Shown here: piece by piece, positions 1-12,500 of the stretch
Layout of the letters: the number at the start of each line of letters is the position of its first letter
How positions within the stretch are numbered: position 1 is the stretch's first letter
Source: Chrysomallon squamiferum
Lineage: Eukaryota; Animalia; Mollusca
Assembly (NCBI GenBank): GCA_012295275.1
Contig: CM022678.1
Span: 3,100,001-3,164,000 of the forward strand
DNA: 64,000 nucleotides
Direction of reading: 5' to 3'
Program-made: the position numbers and the translations under genes
The notes under the pieces: generated by a model
What the model saw: the letters and a program-made list of their open reading frames with translations, nothing else
What the model was told of the DNA's origin: nothing
Database searches by the model: none

Positions 1-2483
1 TTCCAGAATCAATGTGGAAGTTTGTATACAAATTATGCTGAGCTCTTCTATTCATCATGTCTTGATGACATTGCTGCTTCATCATTAATAGAATCATCAG
101 CCATCAGTATCATGTCCTTTTCTGATCTGTGTGAAATGACTTATCATCTGGACAAATGGCCTGCCCAGTTTCTGTGTCAAGAGATTGGTCAGTTTTCACC
201 TTGGACTGGAGTTGACTGTAAAGAGAAGTGTCTCTTCCCAGATTACATGTATGGATCTGGATCAGGTGTGTGTCCATGTAGACAAGGATTCTATGGTGCA
301 TCATGTTCAGAAATGTGTCCAGGAGGAGTAGCTAATACTTGTAATGGACATGGAATATGTGACCCTTCATCAGGTACATGTATCTGTGACAAGAACTGGG
401 TCCAGACCAACAATGACAAATCCTGCACAAAGTGTGCTCCAGGTCATCACGGAAAAGACTGCAGCATCGCAATCCAGTCATCCACTTCAACAAAAGGCAT
501 TCACTTTTGCTCCTTCATAGCAAATGGTCATCTCAGTACTCTCGATGGAGCCATGGTGGACTTGGATTTGGAAGGAATATTCACATTTTACCAGCAAACT
601 AACATTGGTATATATACTGAAATTAATGTCAGGCCTTGCAAGAAGTTCAAAACTTGCATCTACTCAGCTGCTATTAAAATTTCGGACACCATTGTAGTGG
701 CTGCAGCTCTGACTCCAACCACTTTATCAATAAATAATGAAACAATAAACATTGTAGACAAACATAAAATAAACAAAGACTTCACCATGGTTCGACTGGA
801 CAGGTTTACATATGAACTACGAGGAAAAGCTGGATTCACTCTAAGGTTGCTAATAGAGGAAGGATACCTCAGCCTTCATCTCTCCTCACCAGCAAACCTC
901 TGTTACAACACTAAAGGATTCTGTGGAGTTTGCCGTCCTTCAGTACAGACTTCATGTTCAGATGGAGATGTTGCTTGTTTGATCAGTTCAGTAGGTCTGT
1001 CATCCTTTGTCCTGCAGCATGCATCACAAACTCTTGATTCTGTTCAGGTTACTGAGTACTACTCCTCACTTGCAGTCCACTTACAGTCCAGCTTGTTTGC
1101 TTCAGTGTCCAACTCACAGGCAAACATCTCAGGCTATGCAGTTCACATAGACAAAGGATGGATGATAACTTCACCCATTCCGGACGACTTACTGAGCAGT
1201 TCTCATCTATGTTTTGAAGTGATGATAAAACTCACTGGAAATGATGGAGAATCCTATAATGGAATTATTTTGTCCTATGCTTTAAAGAAGACCTTTGGTG
1301 TTGCGGTGATAAATGGACATTTCACAGTTTACTTTGGAGAGTCTGTTTTCACTACTGGTCTCTCAGTTGAAGTAAATGTTTGGTCACACATTGCTCTGAT
1401 CTACAGCAGATCCATTGGCAGCCTCATCTTCCATTACATCCACAGTGACAATATCCACAACTATGAGATCATCAACATTGGAATAGGAGCTTTCCCTGGA
1501 GGAGGATCGTTAGCTCTAGGAACATGGCAACTGTCTCCTTCCCTATCAGTCCAGCCAACAGTAAAAACATTCACTGGAATCATTCAAAAGGTTTTCATCT
1601 GGCCAAGACCACTGTCACCATTAGCAATCCTTGCTCACTGGAAATACATTGATACAGTCGTTGCAGACAGTCATCTGATTCTAGGCTGGACCTTCAGCTC
1701 AGGATATGGAAACCAAATACAGGACATCACACAAGGATTTTCTATGGTTTTGTCAAAGTCAGGGACTCAGTGGGTGGTTTCTGATATGAGTATTAGTGTA
1801 AAGGTGACCACAGTCCTTAACAATCTTTACTTGTTGAAAAAGTCTCAAACTTTCTGTGATAAAGTGTTCAATGACAAGACACTCAAGATACCATGTGGAT
1901 CTCTGACAACAGCTGAAAATGTCTACACATCTTCATGTATCCTTGACATTTACAGTTCAGGCAACATTCAGGCTGCTATGGATACAGTGGTAACCTATTC
2001 CACACAATGTCAAGCTGAACTTGGCAAAAATTCTGGCCTGCTCAGATGCTATGTAACAAATTTGATGATCGCCATTTTCCTATCTGGCTTGGCAAAGAGT
2101 GTTTGAGAAAATGCCTGTTTGGAGACTTCAGTATTAAAACTGGCATCTGCCACTGTTTCAGTGGTTTCTGGGGGACTACCTGTGATTTATCCTGTCCCAG
2201 AACAAACGGAGAAGTCTGTAACAACCATGGTGTGTGTGATGTCAAGTCAGGCAAATGTGTGTGTGACAACAACTGGAAGGGAAACGGTGACATCTGTGAC
2301 AAGTGTTCTCCAGGTATGACAGGTGAAGACTGCAGTATTGTGAAGCCAGAGTTACCCAAGTCACATCCTGTTACCTGTGCAGCAGACAGAGATGGAAACA
2401 TCTTCATGTTTGATGGGTATGGTGTGGTTGTCAAGTCACCAGGATCTTTCACTCTCTTCATGATAGACCAGTTCAAAGTTGAG
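1..2483 (+). CDS. Gene 1 exon (runs off left edge): C8-like end of a previous unit, full unit A, and EGFs plus start of VWD of unit B
   Basis: Frame open from base 1 (FQNQCGSLYTNY...). ORF 22-2106 switches to ORF 2046-2633 at the A5 run 2026-2030. Donor GAG|gtaaat at 2483/2484. Confidence 0.85.
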
Positions 2484-5400
2484 GTAAATATAAACTGTAT
2501 GTGTAAGTGCTTAGTTAGCTTTTTAAAATATTTATTATATTCATTTTATTGTTGTTACTATTATTTTCTTTTCCCTTTCTTCATTTCTTATCTCATTTTG
2601 TTTGTTTTTCTTGTTAATTTTTTCTTTTATTAATATTTTTCTTTTTTAATGATTTTTGTTATATTCATTATTATTTTGTTCATAAATTTGTTATTATTAA
2701 TGTTATATTACCTTTTTTTGCTAATAGTCAAAAAGATTTATATTATTATATTTATATATATAAATATTTATTTATTTACTTCTTACTTACTTACTTACTT
2801 ACATACTTACATACTTACTTACTTGACAGATCAAACAAACAGCGTGTCTTCCACCCAGACATTATGACACGTGCATCATCAGTGTCAGCATTGGCCTTCA
2901 CAGCAACAACATCATCTTATATGTGGATGGCTTCAATATCAAAGCTGTTGCCAATGGAGTAAAAAGGGTTGGGTCAAAGCCTTTTGAACTGACCACAGAT
3001 GGACTCTGCACTATCAGAGTCCAGCCAATGGGATCGTGGTCGTACATGATAATGATTAAAGATTTGGGTTTCCGGTTGTCTGTAATGGCTACTGGAGGTC
3101 ATCTAACAGTCAATTTTATGATAAAGGTCAGTGGTAATTATGTTTTGTGTGTGTGTGATTTAAGTATTTAATTCTGGACACTATGATTAATGATGTGTGT
3201 ACTGATTTTGAATTTAATTTGTTAAGTGTTATTTAGTTCTCTTTGGCAAAGGATTATTTTATTTTATGTTATTTATTTTGTTTATCTATTTAATATATTC
3301 TTTTCTTATTATTTATTTTATTTTATTTTATTTTATTTTATTTTACTTTATTTAATTAAATTTTGAAATGTTTATGGAGAAAATGACGTCAGAGTAAACA
3401 GATAATTTTTCATTCTTGAGAAAAATATTAAACTTGTACGTCTCTTTATCTTAATCACTCCTTTTCTCTCTTTCTGTTCCTATTTTCCATTGTCTTTTTA
3501 ATTGTTTGTTTTATTGTTTTCTTTTTCTTCCTTACAATCATTCATTTCTTTTTTCTTTGATTCCTTCATTTCATCTGTCCATTCTTATTTTTATTTTTAT
3601 TTCTTTCTTTTTCATTTTCTTCATTCTAAATTTACTTCCTTCTTTCATTCATCTCTTTTCTCTTTATTCATTCTTCCTTAGTTTTCTTTCTTTCTTTCTC
3701 TTTATTTTTCTTCATACCAAACTTACAATTATTATTTTTTCACCAGAACACTTTATGCTGTGGTCAAGCAACGATGGGTTTGTGTGGTTTCTGTAAATGT
3801 GATGGAACCCCCAGTTCTCTCCCTTGTGGTCTCCATTCCACAGGTTTTCAACCTGAAAAAACTGCAATGACGGTCAGTGAAAAAGATTCACAGATCACTA
3901 TAATGGGTAAAGCTGAGAAATCAAAGATAGCTAAGGGAAACAGCATTCTTGAAAACACTGGCTTTGATAACAAATACCTGGATGGCAAAGGTGAAAAAAA
4001 TAATTTCTATTTATTGGAATTTGTTAATGCTTGTGGCTGAAAGTGTCAAAGAAAAAGTTGATTAACAAAGGTTGTACAAACTTTCACATCTGTGATAGGG
4101 TTTATATAAAAGATATTATTGTGCTAATCAGCAAGTTTCCTCTCTTGTATTAATTAATACATTAATACTTAAGTATCAATTATTAATAAAATATAATCAG
4201 CAAAAAATATGAAATAAACCTTATTTTTTAAACCTGATATCCATTATTAATAAAATATTTAAATAACCAAGAATTGAAACACAAATTCTTAAATTTTAAA
4301 TTATGTTTTTTTTCTCTACAGGACCTGGCAGTATGTTGTGTTTCAGTGATTCTTCAGCCATAACTGCTCCTCTTCAAATCCGAGGCAGAAATTTCACATC
4401 ACTTGAATTTCTCATAAAGATGTGTAATACAGCAAAATGCTATGGTCCAGTTTTGTCCTATTCAGCCAGTTTGACATTCACCTTACTGATTGAAAATACA
4501 TTGACCATCACATTCGGAAATGATCGGTTTACAACAAAACTTTCTGTGGAAGACAACGAATGGAACCAGATATCTTTGGTTTTCAACGACAATGCAAACA
4601 TTCTGGATGTTTATCTGTTTGACAAAAATGGTTCACCAAGTCAAGATATTGTCAAACTGAAAGAAAATCCATTCCGCTCTGGTGGACAACTTGCTCTTGG
4701 TCGGTGGCAACCATCAACGGTGACTGACAACAGCAGTCAACCACATCACGGCTTCAGTGGTTGCATTGATGAGCTGAGAATATGGGAAAAGTAAGTGGCT
4801 GTGACAGAGAACAGATACATTTTTTTTTTTTTTCTGAATATTTGTAATTGTTATGGTTTTGTTTTGTTTTTTTGTTGTTTTTTTCTTTATGATTGTTTTT
4901 TTCGTATTTTTTAAAAATAATGTTTTGCTATTATTTCTTCATTTCTATTATTTTTATTTTAATATTTATTTATTTGTTTTATTGTTTTATTTAATAACTG
5001 TTCTGTATTATTATTGTTACTGTTATCATTATCATCATTATTTTACAATTATTATTGTTATTTTTATTATAATGATTAATAATAATTATTGTTGTTAAAT
5101 AGTAGCTTTTTGTGAATATTAACAAAATTATATTTGTTCTAATTAATTAATTTTTTCATACTGTTACATATTTTAATTATTTATTTAGTTTCTTCGTTAC
5201 GCAGATATTTATTTATTTATAATATATTCATTTTATTTATTTATTTATTCATTTATTTATTTATATATATATTGCCATACATATTTTTATTTTATTTATT
5301 TATTTATTCATTTATTTATTTATATATATATTGCCATACATATTTTTAACTAATTAATTTTTTAAATCTCTTATGTATTTATTTCATTACGTATTTACTG

Positions 5401-6252
5401 TCTTACTTACTTAAATATTTATTTATTGATTTATTGATTTATTTGCAGTTACATTGACAACATTGAAATACAGGAACACTGGAATATTAACTACAAAGGG
5501 AGCGAAGATGGCTTGGTAAATCTTTGGAAGTTTGACACTGCAAAAGGTACAGTTCACAATTGCCTTAACATCATTTTCTTCTCAAAATACTTCTGTTATT
5601 AGATTTATTCATAGTTTATTTATCAGAAATATTGTTTGTGTTTTCCTGAAGTGGAATGTAAAATATTCCTTGCTTCCAAATGACAGCAGTAGCTTAAGCA
5701 GAAGATTTCTTTTTCCCTTAGCATTTTCATAATAATGATAATGATAATAATGATGATGATGATGACAATAATAATATTAATAATAACAGACTTATATCGT
5801 ATACTGTTATCTAAATATCTAATATAATTTTACAATCTTTTTAAATCAGACTAATAAATTCTCATTCATTGCCTGCTCAGTGCAAAATATTTTTTTCACT
5901 GAGATTGCTGATGTCTATTTGAAACTCAATTTTTCAGATGATGTCATAAGTGATGTTGTTGATGGCATTCCCATTTTCCTTCCTGTATATCCATTCCGCT
6001 CACCCATTCTGGAAATGTCTGATGCTCCAATACCATTCAGTAGTGACAGAAAAAACACTGTACAACTTACCACAAACACTCGGCGAAGACGACGTGAGGT
6101 TATTCAGTTTGTCAGCATTGTTGATCTCTGTTCCAACATCTACAACAACAGCACATTTGGAAAGTGAGTTCAAAATTTAGCTCAGTGTTTTTATTTTCAG
6201 TTTGTTTTTGTTACTCTGGATTCATGTGGATTTTATATGTTTATGTATATCT

Positions 6253-6293
<41 letters not shown>

Positions 6294-6483
6294 TGTGTGA
6301 GTGTGTGGGTGTGTGTGCGTGCATGTGTTATTTTCGCAGTACATTGTTGTGTTTAATCAAAAAATCTGTATATTTGTCTGTCCATCTAACTCATCTAACT
6401 GTCTGCCACTTCCTCTCTACATACCTATAATTGTATATCTCTCTGTGTGTGTCTGAGCATGTGCATGTGCATGTGTGTGTGTG

Positions 6484-6518
<35 letters not shown>

Positions 6519-9500
6519 GTGTTTGATATTTATTCAAGTTACAAAGAATTCAGTTTTTTAATTGTCAATATTTTAAAATTTATATTTTATACAACTAATC
6601 TTGTGTTATTATTCCAGGCTGTGTATGTCTGCAAGTCCATCTGTCCATGAGAAATACTTCTACAGCTGTATTGATGATGTCACATCAACATCAGACACTC
6701 TGAGGGTCCAGGATTCCATCATTGCCTTCTCAACCTACTGTCAGTCCATCCTAAACCTGAACCAGTGGCCAGCACAGAGCCTCTGCACCGACATGAGGTC
6801 AAGCATTGAATACACAGTCATTGGGGACCTCTGTGACACACCCTGCATCTTTGGAAAGAAAGATCCCACAGACAGAACCAAGTGTTTGTGCTCGTTTGGT
6901 TTCTGGGGTAAGAACTGCAGTGAAGAATGTCCTGGAGGAGTGTCCAGTCCTTGCTCAGGAATGGGAACTTGTGACCAGACAACAGGAATCTGTTCTTGTC
7001 CACTCAACAGAAATGGTGCTGACTGTTCTTTGTGTGCTGATCACTGGTTTGGTCCGGATTGTGAAATTACTGTGAACAGTGCCAACGAGGACCTCACCAT
7101 AGCCGAAGCATCACCTTTAGGTTATGTGAACAATCTTGATGGCGTGGGCTTCTTTGTCAACAAGCCAGGAGAATATTACATGTTGTCAGTGTCTGACAAG
7201 CTTCTTGTGGAAGCCAAGTTTGTTAGATGTTTTGAGAACTTCACATGCATCTCCTTCGTTGGCTTCCTGATAGGTGACAGTCAGAATGGATACGCTCACA
7301 TCACAATCTCTGCTGCTCAAGGAAACAGTAAAAAAGTGTCAGTGTTTGTAGACAACACAACAGAGACTCTGGATTCACCAGTCTATTATGAAGGATTCAG
7401 TATTGAAAGGACATCCTTGTCTACAGTGAAAGTTGAAATAACATCAGGCTTGACGCTGCAAATCATGTCATGGAAAGGTTCTCTCAACATCTGGATGAAG
7501 ATGGAATCTCAGTTTATCAGCCAAACTCTAGGACTTCTAAGTGGTTCAGGATCAAAGAATCTGGATGTCAAACTGAACCACCTAGCAACAGCTTATAATG
7601 TGACAGAACTGAAATTCTGTACTGGTCTGGCAAAGCAGTCGCCTTTACCAAGTAATACAAGCACTACTCAGCTTTTCACAGCTTCATCTTTGCCTGCTGA
7701 CAATTCTAGCAAAGTGTTCAATCTCAGTCTCTATTCAGTGTCAGAGTGTGAGAGAATCATCTATTACCCTAGTACAGAAGATGAGATGCAGACTCACAGT
7801 GGATACAGTCTAGTTCTCCGTGGGTCATCAGTGTACACAAACTTTTCTCAGCCTGCCACAAGTAAGAGCATCACAGTAGAGTTCATGGTAAAACAGACAA
7901 GAAAATCTGAGCTGCAGAGACAAGTCTTGTTCTCCTTCACAAACAGCGACGTATTCGTCATCTATACTGACACAACAGTGAAAGTTGAAACAAGCAACAA
8001 AACCAGTAACCAGACAATTGACATGGCAGTCACACTGGAAGAAAACAAATGGAACAAAATCGTGTTTGAATATGACAGTGACAGTGGAGTGATGGACTTT
8101 TACCACTTCAACAGTTCAGGTTGGTTGAAGAAGAAACAGCTACAGCTTGGCTTGGGGATCTTTAGCAAACTTGGAGTCCTGTCTCTAGGAAACTGGCAGC
8201 CGCCTTCAGATGGACAGAGACACAAAACAGTGCATTCCTTCGATGGCCTTATAGAAAATCTTCTCATCTGGAATATATCAGTAGAACCCAATGTGATCAT
8301 GGATATCTGGCAGATGGACCCTGATGTTGCAAAACACCTGATGTCCTATGTGTGGAAATTTGATGAAGGTGAAGGACATGTTGCTTACGATACAGTATCA
8401 AACTCAGAACTCACACTTCCTGACTCACCCTGGCTCTCTCCTACTTGGATTCGATCTGATGTTAAATACAACAACCAGAAAGTTGTCAACAAAGTCGTGC
8501 AGCATCTTCTAACTTACACAACTCAGTCTTCAATAATAGACATATGTAAAAAGTACATTCTTGACAACACAACTGGCAAATGCCAGACAGTGTCCGATTC
8601 CACTAAAAATGTATTCTACCACATCTGTTTAGTTATTGCTTACCATCAGGCAGATTTGACTTCAGCTATCGATGTTGTCATGGCCGTGGGCAGCATCTGT
8701 AAAAATTCACTTGACATTTACAATCCACCTGTAGCATCAATGTGCAGCGATGTTCCTGCCTGGAAGGAAAGTCACTTCTGCTTTCCTTCCTGTATTTTTG
8801 GGTCATCAGATTCATCTGGAAAGTGTTCCTGTGCATCTGGATACTATGGAGAAGAATGCAAATTTGTTTGTCCAGGAGGTTCCGAGAGTCCCTGTACTAA
8901 TCATGGCACATGCTTGAACAATGGAACCTGCAGCTGTGCCTGGAACTGGAGAGGAGGGTCCTACTGTAACAGGTGCACAACAGACCTCACCGGAACAGAC
9001 TGCAGTGTCCTAATAAATGACAAGACTACAATAGCTTCCAATCAACATGTTGCTTTTCTTACAACCACTGCTACCTACTCAACATTCACTGGAGCTGTTA
9101 TTTCACTGAATGGAAAAGCTGGTGTGTTCAGATTGCTTCTGGACAAATCTCAAGGTTTAGAAGTCCAAGCCTTCCAGGCGATATGTGCCTATGGTTCTTG
9201 TATTAGTGGAATTGCAATCAAAGACACTTCATCCACAATTTCTATATACCCAACCGGTGAAGGTCATCTTCCTGAAGTTTATGTTGGAAAAGAAAAGATT
9301 TCTCTGCCACCTTTCAATGCATCCTTGACCAGTAGCTTATCTTTGTCAATGGTTTCCTCCAGCAAACTGGCAATAGCAGTTGACGATAAACTTGTCATCA
9401 GAATATTTATTCATGGAGCCTACGTTCATGCTACAATTGTTGCCAGTGAAGATGTGTGTACCGACTCTCCGGGAATTCTCAGTTCTTGTCAGTTTGTCAC

Positions 9501-12500
9501 AACATCGTCTACAGACTTTACATCCTCATCATCAGAAGAGATAATGAATAGTCTTGTCCAGAAATTCAAAATGGCAGACAACGAGAGTCTTTTCTACTCT
9601 GATCAGCACAGTTCATCAGATTCAACTGCTGGTTACAGTCTCCTGTTTAACAAGACATCTGCAGTGTCAGGTCCACTCACAATGAAAAACAGTACAAGCT
9701 CAGGACTGTCTGATTTCACTTTGTCCTTACATGTCAAACCTTACGGATCCAGTGGCACAATTCTCTCCTTTGGTAACAAGAAAACATTTGCTTTGAAATA
9801 CAGCAGCCCACTGGAAATAGATTGTGGAGGTTCTACAATTCAGACATCAGTGACACTCTCGGCTCATGAATGGAATCAGCTAATCTTAACTGTCAAAGAT
9901 ACAGCATCTTTACACCTCTTCCACTACAGTCAAGGCTCAGAGATCATCCATGAGATCTTTACAGAAAGTTGCTTGGATGTCTTTGCTTCAGGAGGAATGC
10001 TGTCTCTCGGGGAATGGATTCCATCATCTGACAACGAGGTCTTCACTCTCAACTCCAATAATTCTTTTGTTGGGGAAATTGATGAAATAGCGGTGTGGAA
10101 TCGTCCAGTCCCTGCTGCTTTAATTTATCAAGTACACAAACTTGATGTCACAGTGTCTGCCTTCAAACACATTTTATCATCACTCATACAACTGGATGAA
10201 GGACTCGGTTACTTGGTTCATGACAGTGTTTTGGAAAACAGCATCTTCCTTCCCTCTTCTCCATGGCCTTCACCTCAGTGGGTTTTCTCAGACATCGAGC
10301 TGCTACCACTTCCTATAAAGAGTGCATCCAGCAGCATAGACCCATCCAATTTCATATCCTCAGTCTGTAACAATTTTTTCTTCTCACAGTCAGTGCAAGC
10401 TAAATGTGTTAACAAGGACCACAAACTTTTCCTGTCAGCATGCTTAGAAAATGGTGCTCTGAACAACAACTATAATGCAAGTTTACTCACGATGATGTCC
10501 TTCATTCGTGCCTGTGAATCCAAAAGTGTCAACACCGCTGATATGATGGAAGAAATCTGCAGCATGAACCTTTCGAAACCATTGTGGATTAATGAAGAAT
10601 GTCAAGGCTGCTTGTTTGGTTTCCTCAACTCCACCAACTTGTGTGAATGCTTCTTCGGATACTGGGGCGACAAATGCCAAAACACTTGTCCTGGGGGACA
10701 CACCACACCGTGCAACAATCATGGAGTGTGCAGCAATGCTGGACAGTGTCAGTGTGAAAATCACTGGAAAGGAACATCTTGTGAAGCTTGTGCTGATGGA
10801 TGGATCGGAGAAGACTGCATTGTGAGTAAAATATTTGACACAAACTCAGTAGTAAATGTTGTGGGTCAACTCAGCACGTTTGGACGACTGGTTACATTTG
10901 ATGGTATCATCATGGACATTAAACAGTTTGGATTCTTTACACTGGCAGAGTTTGGTTCTTCAGCTGCATCAATTGTAGCACAGATCGGCCCGTGCAAAGG
11001 ACAGATAGCCTCACCGTATTGTTTAACTTCACTTTTAGTCATCTTCAAGAACAACAGACTGGAGATTTCACATGACAGCTTCAGACAAGATAAAGTTATT
11101 GTGAAAGGTCTTACTCAGGATTACGAAGTGTTTGAAACTCTAACAGTGGACAACATAGAACTCAAACTATCAAGTTTCTCCCAAATAGAAATCTCTCTTC
11201 AAGATACTGATGCAGTCTTTGTTGTTTCAGTTGCTGACAGTTTTCTGTTTGTGACTATAAAGATAACAAAATCAGGCTTTGCCAATCTGACTGTTGGAGG
11301 AATCATGGCATCATGTAACACAACTTTAAACATAGAATATGCTGGTTGTACATCAAGTCCTGTGTGTAATACAGCAGATCTCACCAGTGTTGAAACATCA
11401 TGCAGGAAAGGTCTAACAAAGGCTGCACTCAAATCCTTCATTTCATATTATCACTATCACATCTCATCAGCAGGGACAAGTGGCACAACCATTACTGAAG
11501 CATGCTTAGCTTTCAGTGGAACGGGAATGATAGCGAGAAGGTTTGTCTTACCACAAGGACAGTTTTCTTTAGAAATGCAGGTGAAAATGTCAGAAGCAAG
11601 TGGAGTTCTGCTTGCGTACATGATCAGTGAGGATAAATATGTTTGTGTGGTTTATGCTGAGACAGAAATACTGGTGATAACAAAGACAGCTGTTACTCAC
11701 ACACAACTCAGTATAGAAGTCAATGTCTGGAACCAACTCGTTTTAGCCTGGAATCCTGTTCTGTCAGCTGTGGAGTTATATGTAACCGACTCAGCAGGTC
11801 TGGTGAGAGTCAAGGCCATCAGAATATCAGCAGCAGTGTTTTCCACTGGCGGTCATCTTGTTTTTGGACAACTACCACCAGGACTGACCATCAGCTCAGA
11901 GGTTGGACCATTTGTTGGCCTGATAGACGAAGTTCGTTTGTGGACGAGACCACACAATCCTAGCATCATTGCACGGATGTGGAAAGTAGCTGTAACATCT
12001 GCTACACCAGACCTGCACAACCACTGGGCGTTTAATGATGGGGAGGGTCTCTCTGCCAGTGACAGTCGCAGGTTCTCATCTCTTTATGCAGTGAATGTTC
12101 TCAACCCTCCAGTCTGGGTTCCTTCAAGTCTAAGTCTTCAGACCTCAGCTGAAATATCACTTCCTGAACTCAAAGTTTCCCTTGATGTCGGACTGACAAA
12201 TCCTGATGATCCAAGTCTTAAATCCAAAGCATCTGCTGCGTGTGCTAATTTACTAGAAGACATCTTGAAAACATCATCTTCCATAGTTACTGATGCAAAC
12301 ATCCTACAAGCACAATGTGCTGAAGTAGTTATGTATGCTGGTAAAACTGTTGCCAGTGAACTCTTTGTCCTTGCTTTGTCCGAATACAGCAAAAATGTAT
12401 TGAACTTGACAGAAACACCATTGAAATCGCTCTGCAATAACGTCACCATCATAAACAGTCTCATTCCATGGACTGGAAATAACTGTAAAAGTAGCTGTTA

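Noticed and set aside
1-2633. Two separate genes or a pseudogene (ORFs 22-2106 and 2046-2633)
   Set aside because: One extra A restores a continuous repeat unit, and all downstream exons are intact and phase-matched.
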